IMG/VR virus record: IMGVR_UViG_3300010883_028422
Coordinates: 32,001-96,000 of that record
Source of the DNA: a virus
Length of the DNA stretch: 64,000 nt
Reading direction: 5' to 3' (one strand)
The notes below the pieces were generated by a model. That model did no database searches. It was not told the origin of the DNA and was given only the letters and a program-made list of their open reading frames with translations. Positions 41,901-49,390 of the stretch are shown piece by piece; positions within the stretch are counted from its first letter, which is position 1, and each line of letters begins with the position of its first letter. A program made the translations under genes and the position numbers.

Positions 41901-42878
41901 AAGGTTGTGAGCATTACGCTGCTTAGAAACACGCAAGAATTTTCAGATTTATTTTCAAAATCTGAGATTGACAATATATTATTTGATGAGCTACATATAA
42001 ACAAGGTTACGGGCCGCCTGTCGGGCGGTACGGGCGTTGAAAAGGACTTTGTATACGGAAGCACCCTGTCCCCTGACGGAAGGGAGCTGACGCTGTCTGA
42101 GCCGCTTCCGTCGTTTAACACCGATGTTGTAGTGACGTATGTTCCAAGTGGCTCTAGTGGAGACAGAATATCTGTCTTTAAAGACTCTGAGAATGAATTG
42201 GTATTTAGAATTATTGCAAATGGAGACGAGCATATAGTAAATAGGACTATAGACTGGAGAAGAAATTCTTGGCACAGAGTTACATGCTTGTACAAAACAA
42301 ATTCACCATCAGATACTATGTCAATTATGATTGATGACGAAGAGGGCGGCATGCTTAGATTTGGTGAAGATGGCTCTAAATTTGGAGATGGAATGACTAT
42401 TGGTCAAATTGCGGCAAAAGAAGGCAATGTTGCTGTTAATGATTTTAATATAGATTTATCAGATAATTTTAGGTTAATATCTATTGGCGCGTCTGTTTTG
42501 GGAAATAAATCAGGAAAGTGTAGGATGGATAACGTAAGATTCAGCAGGTTGATTAGATCTCCATATTATGATTCTGCTGGGATGCCAATTGATCCCAATT
42601 ATTCATCAAACTTAAATACTGTATCGCAAGTTGCGTATGATGATGCCACGACAAAAGTTATTAATTTTGATGAGGAGCTTGATATGTCAAATAGGTTTGC
42701 CAGATTAATTGATCCAAAGTATGGCATATTTGACTTTGATTTAGAGGTTGTTGATGACTTAAAGCGTGTTATTGGGGTTAGTGATGGTAGGATTGAAGAT
42801 TTGATAATAGAGCTTGCAAATAGACTTAAACCTGCACATAGCAACGTGCTTGTAAAATTCTTTAATAAACATTGCTAA
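32991..42878 (+). CDS. 3295-aa baseplate wedge protein (gpI/gp7-like) with LamG/concanavalin-like domains
   Basis: Follows the J-like gene. LRKNFG...YRDALSGVLQSFPKGPTIPSFEQLV is wedge-like. LamG strands GTVEAWIRP, HHVAASW, HLFVDG, IFIG..VDEFRI, GTIEFWISP, WHRVTCLY, MDNVRFS. Confidence 0.65.
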   Translation: MAFRPVSFSIPSTTELKVKFSDEPSESLTVDNFKVSSLSGNTDDLAIIGVEVFENQVVIKTRPQIHSNYYLLELLDTEGVVFSTKKGIRLLDDDTSRALFFVGIDKQNSLRDAMFKRVPSIFSLENTKIEKIYSAQADESLRALHSIGELLSDNYVSISVFNELRTRGSGAHDRMANEGAYEISRVSRAITGDVPLKDILEYSSENSENRMDKAPNYPVSLQQVVIPDEEISSLTTDNSFNGYLLKLKNSSVIKLLSVKLIRPGDEEDCYGDIGVDYDVERYKYGILEDRYDPYYAFSRYDLNNNEILLSEFSGFPMPEVGDKIIVSYMHRDKKRFVLEDDTSVYSVENSANEPIPSNISSFFLLNAPIVDSFHNIYEKGGVSFKISENNDSTPDIFSKELAFNFSKLPGFPGEFSVNYKTGEVVVVGSDIGEGTGRNNYYADYTFKREYERDLDYVLHDNEFASNTSRPLTGSECFVSISYDEMFVEGEHYRASSHIEVMNEYVENNLSTSFSIKPKNTPVTNVFRISNQTSGEVYNPLYHTDNEIFFSGNISPRIDTIYNEFANFDKISNEKLAPSGEFICPSFAVKVKSRESSNTVYFSPPIPAELVDQNSDDYFIREVVSDSNALTDEDLQVRFWGDPDGDNLISSVSVKTGVSLPSVGSKIYIGNRTYVFRLESEGLLNNTVDSIGSFLNSSLVFDSDLFLNEKYYEHYDSSISVITSEHSSLLMAVSRDNNDAGFKNLSRMRKVGDYLVDYKNGLIYLAVSKDQSYDNIGEVGYFCSNITTKNTNLYQVTSAKKKALASSGDEDSLVEYNDIHTKINSVKLLDVENTITIFEEEDYALDLDGNYQQTLVVLDDYTFVTKHPIKSIHGIWQLGTLYGENLDSADPRIRVEDKYGEEAVLSADLGGGNLFSQDSVTFQENIVDLKKYATKRMYLNSDGDALQFKVFDSNIASFRSAKTVKNGRIIFDDDLNFTKVSGVSILGINSYDDSSASIAIYSADLAYARIDADGDFVLDKYGNRFRITDFDDLRANISILLPAENNASSGLPDIDFDASASIIVKAGLEIDGDGMTLSIPRDSGVMNGEAIEVEYLPSWVPDIGTALSIDYRYGNIYLDYFHVYDDIVVYYEYGDNSLDWSISNEIVEGENYFVSYKFGALRDGLRKNFGTLTNIEFFNNFSLNTDRETYRDALSGVLQSFPKGPTIPSFEQLVNSFTRINPNIKEMAFNKWILGRDYLAPDDINYTGNLVFSGGKFEDGLIIDGDKTVDLPAISNLRLEDGTVEAWIRPDWAGIDNDADLTFSIDNIGKKIYYYIKNNDIFNIDNGFDVYNGDLFVGGTQSSIYGISMHNYDTIFNSSGEEEFVSGVSSVSKTEVGFGRINASRSYVELHADMASPIMHELPIDLYTELDVNLSPGFFAIYDNNRIVSVSLRINTIDSCVFDVYEHNLTFVEMSPYETPHVTRSFGRRQGPGLGYEIDPMLNFRHNDARGTENIIKISLDAPIYLNFLDDNVEVVSEDIFSSIVLVDSTSQMFRVVDLLDDDGASLSAPFGKYIYCVVVDRMPINVPELSQMGSDAINNIGPIGTASLCYQSVVINTEDSVNSEVAFGFKNRLFLTNWMFGHAGISINRDPINNLVKIIINDADKNSTDEMVIFYTDFPKINDSASVSLGLDSILSANKNISFGAIDSTCKTDLLISKLNYEFDYRYDVDDIYIGKDSFNPKESTFTLNKDDYPVSPMGMPSNISNDEGLFIWFDDLCENPLSEDAGQWIMRTRVKRVLDVPSGVIAYGDDDYDVLHEQFTSGDGFGGRITTNGEFSSVVRSSRDEDDNGCCTDILCKAHYRYCGGGTLEDLGWVRMQDTDSLVINVIFDGRETGRSTWVKYPDLETTYSDGIYRMAAPEHGTGVVYTAIPCYGGNEEFVVSAKVVSSYSASDNFDFSGAISGFFSGIAPLNINDSNINYKVSLGFGERGEPLVLVLDAEKNSIEDIILFNWNDGSFHEYRFVRLKEEEFVELYIDHSLYSKLSVNDFDTPDIDSCTIFSEPYLAIYVADSMDDAGNLSLNTLDIDFISYNGADIQENITLESDDIFISTDHKIDFSFSTVLYDIEATTDDEAIDGYDGYDGYDGYDGYDGYPELQDLYDVDEICMSSDKLRYIVDSGLGDSRGRLSLFKDGKGFLNFRIFDDYEKNYGETGFYNLATNIKYFKPGELHHVAASWRLNSLEEKDEMHLFVDGIEAPNIFKFGGAVPVKINDKFSDVSKEVLQSFTVDDIEYSESYYDGITSASSSVFMSESAGFTSDMVGRSIIIENSTLAPTLIGGEYIIASASGSQATFVRGESLSPVVFDVSTADIQFKFPPTAGISNNVLTDIKNDKAAIFKTNCDFESEEIGGIFYEVVNGEISIVSGSNVVKPKFRADVDSRVIEFVGKDENCMFNNTVNYTDLDVHIESFGLISRRVNSIIELSSSSYNSQTRPDTGVSLFAGVSKSSGAGESYIKTTGPQPLSLGDVKIRRIVLEKTVVDISPILVDGELYSQSNIELDFDDGEHLLITEELNTSKTNMGRRLSVFFDSDNIRYCDTYVDEATVIPCVDGYDGYDGYDGYDGYCEDIEGIIYIPRNIITVYGETIGGNDSEDFIIDKNGEFNGEKFFTSISNIEISLLVSDPDYFELGVISIMELDPITVQNNNGSYVSIDEFYNGTFMISEAGSEGLFPFELPPGKYHLDYAAYLKLFLPLIGDRIFIGSDIHGENQLCGVVDEFRIISEMSGDTRPTEMATSSTRSITNDFNRPIPFCLDEQTLSLIHFDNPIEWQARRLRTKEFLNTDTNFKFKIPFDQREVLVNYVNDEESFVKKMKYFEFSNDDAIKTFYEVHKAEGGPLVNNGTYLDQYNDVPLSSTSVNEYFGKSGVFDNGNALLYENDGGIFRRDEGTIEFWISPLLDVKNDLEERYFVDIYSIERKRISSDSASKIVLPVAASKVVSITLLRNTQEFSDLFSKSEIDNILFDELHINKVTGRLSGGTGVEKDFVYGSTLSPDGRELTLSEPLPSFNTDVVVTYVPSGSSGDRISVFKDSENELVFRIIANGDEHIVNRTIDWRRNSWHRVTCLYKTNSPSDTMSIMIDDEEGGMLRFGEDGSKFGDGMTIGQIAAKEGNVAVNDFNIDLSDNFRLISIGASVLGNKSGKCRMDNVRFSRLIRSPYYDSAGMPIDPNYSSNLNTVSQVAYDDATTKVINFDEELDMSNRFARLIDPKYGIFDFDLEVVDDLKRVIGVSDGRIEDLIIELANRLKPAHSNVLVKFFNKHC
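39333..39386 (+). repeat. Perfect 9-bp tandem repeat (GACGGTTAT)x6 encoding (DGY)6
   Basis: Counted directly in the sequence. Confidence 0.98.
40749..40793 (+). repeat. Perfect 9-bp tandem repeat (GACGGATAT)x5 encoding (DGY)5
   Basis: Counted directly in the sequence. Confidence 0.98.
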
Positions 42879-42932
42879 ATGCTCTATTAATAATGCTAAA
42901 TATTATCGAAGTTGTATGTATTAGGAGAATTG

Positions 42933-45900
42933 ATGGCCAATAATAATTATAGGGGTCTCATACCAAGGGTTAACTTTTTTGATGGCCAAAAGGTTACAGA
43001 GTCAGATATGGATTCTGAGCAGGTCTATAACAGGACTGTTATTTCTGGAATTGTTAATGATTTTCATGGAAGTGGAATAGTATGGGAAGATCGATTTAAA
43101 GAGCGAACTCTGCTAGATACATCTATGCCGGGAAGCTATTCTGATGGAAATGACAATTTATCAAAAATTGTGATTGAATCTGGAAATTATGATGGAATGG
43201 CAATATCCCTTGATCGCGGCCCCATAGATACGGTTATGGGGAGCAGAGTCGAGGTTGAACTGTCTGACTCGGATGTATCTGGAAATAATTATGCAGTTGT
43301 ATTAATAATAGGATTTGCTTTTGATGGTATAGATGAGGGCGGAAGGCTTGTAAGTGAGTTTATTACGTTTAAAGAGAATAGTGTAAGACTGTCCAATCAC
43401 TATTATCTTAGTATAAATTCTGTATTTTTTAATAACTTTTCTGGTGGGCTAGGAAGAACCCATGTAGAGTCAGAGAAGAAGAGCGTCAATAATGGTGGAC
43501 GAATAGTCATCAGAGAAACAACGCCATTCTCAATATATCCGCAGCCAATTGTATCATCTCAATTTGGAATGCCAAATGTATTTTTTAGAGATTTTATTAC
43601 GTCTAGTCCATCAAAAATAATTGAGGACGAAATAAAAGAGGCGTTTGGCTCAACAATAAATTTTAATGAGTTATATTTTGAAATAGAATCAGAGTCTCAG
43701 CTAGAATTTAGGAAAGACGGGTCAAGCTCTGTAGCGTATGGTCAGAAATTTTTATTTGAATCAAATAATTTGCAAAAAATAAGCATATTGTTATCTGTTG
43801 AAAATGATGAAGATGCGGATATTGGAGAGGAATATAATTTTTCCGGAGACATAGTCCTCTCTATATATGAGCTTGCGACGGATACAAACTGCCCAACTGA
43901 TGTAATCCCGGACAACCTTATAGACTTTGATCCTGAGCTAAATTCAATAATGGAATTATCATATAGTATGCATGATCTTGAGGATCTTGGGTATAGGCTA
44001 AATAATGTATCATCAATTGTTGACTTTAATTTTGCCGGAACATTGATTGCGGACCCGGTTATAGAGCCAAGCCTGGAGTCCGGGAAGTATTATGCGTTTA
44101 TGGTGACGAGAAGGGGTGACAATAGGGTCGGAACAGTCATTATGGAGAAGGGGTTTGACCCTGTTGCGAGAAAAAATGATAATAGCCAAACCTTATCAAA
44201 GTTAGAGCAATTTGGAATGCAGAAGACCAGATTTGTAGAATTTGATCCATCTACAAGCAGATATGTTGATGATTATAGAAAGTCACTGTGGTTTGCGATA
44301 CACTCAGACACCGTAGAGGTTACAAGCGGGCTGGCATATTCTGAAGATGGATTCTTAATAGCTCTTCCAAAGACAGAAGAGTATATCGGAAATTCACAAA
44401 TATCAAGATTTGAAAGAAATATACCGCTTGTAGATGTAGCTGAAGGTGCTAAAAATTATATATTACTATCAAATTCAAGTAAATATCTGGACCCAGACGT
44501 TCACCCAAGAACTGGTAACTTTGTTTATACAAGAATTCTTGATTCTGCAGCAATATCGGTGGTATCGGAAGATGACTTGGATGAGCTATTAGATGATATA
44601 GAGCCGATAATCCTGGCCAAAGTTTCTGATAAGAACGTAAGAGAGTTTAGCGATATAAGTGGTACATTCTCTATAGCAGGCCTCTATGATAGAAACAGCA
44701 TTTATATAATAGATCCGGATAATGACCTTCTTGAGTCAAATTTAGTAAATATGATAATTACTCCAGATTTGGACTGTGAGTGTACAAATAAGTATAGGAT
44801 AACAAGGACTGAGTGTTACTATGCAATGTCTGGTGATTTAGATAGTGATGGTGAGCTTACGCTGCAAGATGTATACACTATGCTTGATTATGTTGGAAGC
44901 ACTATAAACTCAGAAACAACAGAAAGAAAGCTTCTCGGTGGCGAGCTTGATATAGTTAGTTTTATAAAAGCAGATTTAAATGATGATGAAACTATTGATG
45001 GGCTTGATATAGAACTGCTTGAGGATGCGATTGATGGGTATGTTAACTTTTCAATAGAAGAAAGATTTAGGGTATTGAAGATAAGTGTAGAAAATATATT
45101 AAGCGAAGATAACTACCCGGTCTTATTTTTAGATGAAGATTTAACATCATATTCTAGTATAGACGAGTCTACTATTGGATTTATTTCTAGTTCGGAAGAA
45201 ATAGCTCTGGCCATAAGGATTGGCGATATAGTTATAGTCCCGCCCGAGAGTGGTGACGCGGGTTCATATATAATTGATGGCAAAACAATAGGGGATGATG
45301 GAATTTCCGTCCTACTATCTGTTACAGATTTAGATGGAAATAGCGTAGTGTTTTCTGGTAGCTTAGGATTTAATATTGAAATAATAAGCGGAACAAGAAC
45401 AAATATGTTGGCTGATAACAGCCGGCTTCTTTCTGTTCCGTATGAAGATAAGAATTTTTCAATATCATTTATAGATGCTGCATTTGAAGGCAGATTTATA
45501 GATATATGCGATTTGCGCAGGTATGTCGAATCTACATTCATAGAGGAATCAGATTACGGATTATGCAAATGTGAGGAGCCAGAGTGTCAGACTCCAGAGA
45601 TATGTAGCCCTCAATATAAAAATCAGTATATCGTGCCAAATGATTTGTATATACCAAATGGTGAGATATATTCTTCTCCCGGAATACCATATCATGGTGA
45701 CTTTGAATATTCAAAAATACGAATTCCAATGCCTCCGGGCACAATAGAAGATTGTCAGATAAATCTTTATGAGACATTTATAAAATCTAAGGATGAGGAG
45801 TGCCTTACTGCCGCTGGATATCCTGCGATGAAGTATTCTGATGGAACATATGTTGGATGCGAAGATGTTGGTAGCGATACAGACATAAGCAAAGGCCGCG

Positions 45901-48233
45901 TAAAGATTTCAGAGGCAATAGCTAGTTTGTACGTAGATTCGTTTATAGACGGCTACGCTGCAGAGGATGGGTATGAAGAGCACCTAGAGTCAACAAGCTT
46001 TTCTCTTCTGGAGATGATAAATGAGTCATTTGAGGATAAAAGTTATGATTCTTTTGAGACATGGCCTTTAAACGTTTTTAGCGATGCATCTGTAGTTACG
46101 GTGTCTGCTCCGACAGGACCGAATGAGCCAGCGGTATTCTCAATATTTACAACACCAGACGTGCCACCAAAATTTGGAAGAATTGATGTTTCATCGTCTC
46201 CGGACATAGACGCGTCCGGTGATTTTGTATTAGACTTTAATGCTTATAGGTCAGTATGGCCAGGCGAATCTTTGTCAAGTGGAGTGTTAAGCTCTTACAT
46301 GCTTGTTGAAATAGATAATGCTGATGGTACAACATCAGAAATTTCATTTGGATGGCGAGAAGAGGCTGGTCTGGGGACTAAGCTCTTTTACTCCGGGAAG
46401 ATGTATGATTCTAGCGGAGCGCTAACGAGTGTTTTTGATTACGAAGTTGACGCAGAAGACGCGCTTGGCGACGAAGTTATGTTTAGGATTAGAAGGATTG
46501 ATGATGTTTGCACTGCAATGTATTTTAATCCATCAAATATAGATTTGGTAAATAATCCGGACGGACAATATATGAGGGTTGGTGAGAATCCAAGCGCTCA
46601 TCCTGGCGGTGGTGATGCGAGAATTTCTTATAGGCTTGAGCAGGATCGATCGCCACCATCAAGTCTGTCTTTCTCTACAAGCTTGGTCAATGTGTATATT
46701 GAGTCAAGTTATTCTTCAGAAATTGCTTCTGACGAGTATGTTGAGATATCTAAAGATTCATTTGATAATGTAAAGCAAACCACTGTGTCATTTCCGCTTA
46801 ATTTGCCCAAAAAGACAAGCGTAGTTGCTGCGTATATAAGGTTAAATTCATATGGCGCTACATCAACAACTGATTTGTTTAACATTATACCAATAACCTC
46901 AATACATGCAGATAATCTTGGTATATTTTATAATTACGCAAAGACTCAAAATGATTCCATCATAGCATCCTTTAGGCCTGGAATTGCTGCAGACTCTGAA
47001 GAAATATTGGTTGATGTAACATCAACAGTAATAGCGAGCTTGGCCGAGCCTGGGCACCTCCCCGGGTATGTAAAGGCATTTATAATAGAGCCGGATGATT
47101 CTGCAACTACGTCATTCTCATTCTATTCAGACAGCATAGAGCTTGTGGTTGAATATTTAGATATGACAACTGGAGTTATATTTAAAGTCGGGGTGAGCCT
47201 CGATCCCACAACTGGCATTGCTTCGTTTAAAACAAAGAATGTTTTATATGATGTTATGATTGAGGAAAATCGCACGGTTATAGAGTTTGGAGTATTCTTG
47301 AAAAAATCAGGATTTATTAATTCTGATATAAGCATAGGACTTCAAGAGCTTAGTAGGATTGGGATTGGAACATGTACTGACGATGATGAGCTTCTTGCAG
47401 ATGATGAATGCTTCTTTATAGCCGGAAATACTGCTACTGGCACATTTGTAGAGGGCCCATTCCCATGCGCATTCCACCTGCCGCAGTATGCATTGTCATC
47501 CGCCGGTCTTGCAGGTCTTGTGCAGATAAGCACGTCTAGTCATGCCCCCACCTCTGGTCATGCCCCAACTTCTACTTCTAGCTCATCTGCGACTACAAGC
47601 GGCAGTAGCTCTCCGCCACCGTCGCACGGCCCGCCACCTGCTCCTAGTTCAGGTGCGCTTCCCGCAGGCGCTGGGCAATATTTGCATGGCAAGTGGAAGG
47701 TTACAGGGCATGATTCAATTGCGGCGGGACTGCCAGCGCCCCCTGGCGCCGCACCTGGTGTTGGTGTAAACTTTATGCTATCTATTGATGAAAACCTTTG
47801 GACATATTTTGAAGAATTTGATGCAGCGGGAGATGGGGCATTCGTACCATGTAATTATGACGGCTCTATATCGGCAGGGCCACTTACTGTGAATTATACT
47901 TCAACTAGTACACCAGTAATTGAAGGTGACTTTTCACACGCAGGAACCCCCGCAACCTCTGTTTATGGACCTGATGGCCCCCCAAGAGATTGTCATGCTG
48001 ATGATTTTGACCCATGGGCTGGAGGGCTGGCGGCTCTGATCGGTGTGAATAACCTGGGGCACACCGCATCGCCATTCTCACCACTAACATTTGAGATTAA
48101 CACGGGTCATACGCCATGGATTCTAATAATAACAACTCAGCCAGTTGGTGGAGATTTTGCAACAGGCGTGTATAACAGAATAACTCTTGAAAGAGAAAGC
48201 GACACCCCTGACGTTATTGTAGCAACGCCCTAA
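42933..48233 (+). CDS. Tail-fibre / baseplate appendage protein with dockerin-like EF-hand pair, Ser/Thr/Pro linker and terminal beta domain
   Basis: ATG 42933 follows an AGGAG RBS and is likelier than TTG 42912. N-terminal PRVNFFDGQKVTESDMDSEQVY resembles fibre-attachment N-termini. GDLDSDGELTLQD and ADLNDDETIDGLD repeats. Last structural gene in the run. Confidence 0.6.
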   Translation: MANNNYRGLIPRVNFFDGQKVTESDMDSEQVYNRTVISGIVNDFHGSGIVWEDRFKERTLLDTSMPGSYSDGNDNLSKIVIESGNYDGMAISLDRGPIDTVMGSRVEVELSDSDVSGNNYAVVLIIGFAFDGIDEGGRLVSEFITFKENSVRLSNHYYLSINSVFFNNFSGGLGRTHVESEKKSVNNGGRIVIRETTPFSIYPQPIVSSQFGMPNVFFRDFITSSPSKIIEDEIKEAFGSTINFNELYFEIESESQLEFRKDGSSSVAYGQKFLFESNNLQKISILLSVENDEDADIGEEYNFSGDIVLSIYELATDTNCPTDVIPDNLIDFDPELNSIMELSYSMHDLEDLGYRLNNVSSIVDFNFAGTLIADPVIEPSLESGKYYAFMVTRRGDNRVGTVIMEKGFDPVARKNDNSQTLSKLEQFGMQKTRFVEFDPSTSRYVDDYRKSLWFAIHSDTVEVTSGLAYSEDGFLIALPKTEEYIGNSQISRFERNIPLVDVAEGAKNYILLSNSSKYLDPDVHPRTGNFVYTRILDSAAISVVSEDDLDELLDDIEPIILAKVSDKNVREFSDISGTFSIAGLYDRNSIYIIDPDNDLLESNLVNMIITPDLDCECTNKYRITRTECYYAMSGDLDSDGELTLQDVYTMLDYVGSTINSETTERKLLGGELDIVSFIKADLNDDETIDGLDIELLEDAIDGYVNFSIEERFRVLKISVENILSEDNYPVLFLDEDLTSYSSIDESTIGFISSSEEIALAIRIGDIVIVPPESGDAGSYIIDGKTIGDDGISVLLSVTDLDGNSVVFSGSLGFNIEIISGTRTNMLADNSRLLSVPYEDKNFSISFIDAAFEGRFIDICDLRRYVESTFIEESDYGLCKCEEPECQTPEICSPQYKNQYIVPNDLYIPNGEIYSSPGIPYHGDFEYSKIRIPMPPGTIEDCQINLYETFIKSKDEECLTAAGYPAMKYSDGTYVGCEDVGSDTDISKGRVKISEAIASLYVDSFIDGYAAEDGYEEHLESTSFSLLEMINESFEDKSYDSFETWPLNVFSDASVVTVSAPTGPNEPAVFSIFTTPDVPPKFGRIDVSSSPDIDASGDFVLDFNAYRSVWPGESLSSGVLSSYMLVEIDNADGTTSEISFGWREEAGLGTKLFYSGKMYDSSGALTSVFDYEVDAEDALGDEVMFRIRRIDDVCTAMYFNPSNIDLVNNPDGQYMRVGENPSAHPGGGDARISYRLEQDRSPPSSLSFSTSLVNVYIESSYSSEIASDEYVEISKDSFDNVKQTTVSFPLNLPKKTSVVAAYIRLNSYGATSTTDLFNIIPITSIHADNLGIFYNYAKTQNDSIIASFRPGIAADSEEILVDVTSTVIASLAEPGHLPGYVKAFIIEPDDSATTSFSFYSDSIELVVEYLDMTTGVIFKVGVSLDPTTGIASFKTKNVLYDVMIEENRTVIEFGVFLKKSGFINSDISIGLQELSRIGIGTCTDDDELLADDECFFIAGNTATGTFVEGPFPCAFHLPQYALSSAGLAGLVQISTSSHAPTSGHAPTSTSSSSATTSGSSSPPPSHGPPPAPSSGALPAGAGQYLHGKWKVTGHDSIAAGLPAPPGAAPGVGVNFMLSIDENLWTYFEEFDAAGDGAFVPCNYDGSISAGPLTVNYTSTSTPVIEGDFSHAGTPATSVYGPDGPPRDCHADDFDPWAGGLAALIGVNNLGHTASPFSPLTFEINTGHTPWILIITTQPVGGDFATGVYNRITLERESDTPDVIVATP

Positions 48234-48298
48234 TCTATATTTCTGTTTATTTTAATGGTAAGCAGATTCGCTATAGCGTAATATTCTTTATATATTGT

Positions 48299-49390
48299 AT
48301 GGAGAATATTTTGTATAACGTAAGAATGCATACTATGCTTGGCACGAATCACAGCTGGGCTGTTGTTATGAGAAATATTGCAAAATCACTTATTTCTCTT
48401 GATAATAATATTTGTATGAAGACAACAAATGGTATGTCAAATATAGATTCATTATTGTATGATTATTTTAATAAATCTAATAAAAATATTGATTTAGACA
48501 TATGCTACACTCTTCCGAGAAATTTTAATAGAAGATTTTTAAAAAATAGTAGGCTAAAGGCGGCTATATATAATTACGAAACAGATGTTATGCCAAAAGA
48601 ATGGGCTGAAAATTCTAAATATATAGACTACGCCTTCCCCTCTAGTTCGTTTTCTAAAGATATATTTTTAAAAAATGGCTGGCCAGAAGAAAAGTGTGTT
48701 GTTATTCCGCATGGAATTAATCTTTGTGATTTTGAAAACAAAGACGCATTTAGCCCCTCAACAAATAAATCATTTAAGTTTTTAAACGTATCAATTCCTC
48801 ATCATAGGAAAAATATAGACTTGCTGATTGACTCATATTATGATGCGTTTACAGATGATGATGACGTATGCCTTATGATAAAAACAAAATTGAAGAAGCC
48901 AAAGTTTTCTTTTGAATCTGATGTTAAAAAAATTATTATTAATGCTCAAAAGAAATTTTTTGGAAAAAATTTACCACAAATAGAGATTTTGACCAAAAGC
49001 TTTGAGAGCATGACTCCTGTTTATAATTGTTCAAATGCATTAGTTAGCGCGTCATCATCAGAGTGCTTCGGCCTGCCGATGCTTGAAGCAATTTCTGCTG
49101 GGAAAATTGTTATTGCTCCAAATGCAACTGGACATTTGGACTTTTTAAATAAAAATAACTCTATATTATATGAGTCGGACCCTATTGCTGCGCCTATATC
49201 ATATCAGTACTGGAGGCCGTCCAAGGGGGCCCTGACATATATGCCGAGAGGGGACGAGCTTTCTCAGTCAATGATTGATGTTTATAAAAATTATGATAAA
49301 TATTTACATAAATTTAAAGATAATATGACAAAAACATCTGAAGATTTTACATGGGAGTCTGCCGTAAAAAAAATATTGGAGCTATTATGA
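48299..49390 (+). CDS. Glycosyltransferase, GT-B fold (GT4-like)
   Basis: VIPHGI, RKNIDLLIDSY, SECFGLPMLEA (E-x7-E motif). Confidence 0.9.
   Translation: MENILYNVRMHTMLGTNHSWAVVMRNIAKSLISLDNNICMKTTNGMSNIDSLLYDYFNKSNKNIDLDICYTLPRNFNRRFLKNSRLKAAIYNYETDVMPKEWAENSKYIDYAFPSSSFSKDIFLKNGWPEEKCVVIPHGINLCDFENKDAFSPSTNKSFKFLNVSIPHHRKNIDLLIDSYYDAFTDDDDVCLMIKTKLKKPKFSFESDVKKIIINAQKKFFGKNLPQIEILTKSFESMTPVYNCSNALVSASSSECFGLPMLEAISAGKIVIAPNATGHLDFLNKNNSILYESDPIAAPISYQYWRPSKGALTYMPRGDELSQSMIDVYKNYDKYLHKFKDNMTKTSEDFTWESAVKKILELL

Noticed and set aside
47480-48233. Diversity-generating retroelement variable region at the fibre tip
   Set aside because: No second near-identical template copy and no reverse transcriptase are visible in the window.
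11917-48233. Inteins or introns explaining the giant ORFs
   Set aside because: I found no convincing intein splice motifs (C/S start with His-Asn-C/S/T end), no LAGLIDADG or HNH motif, and no interrupted frames. A profile search would be needed to exclude them fully.
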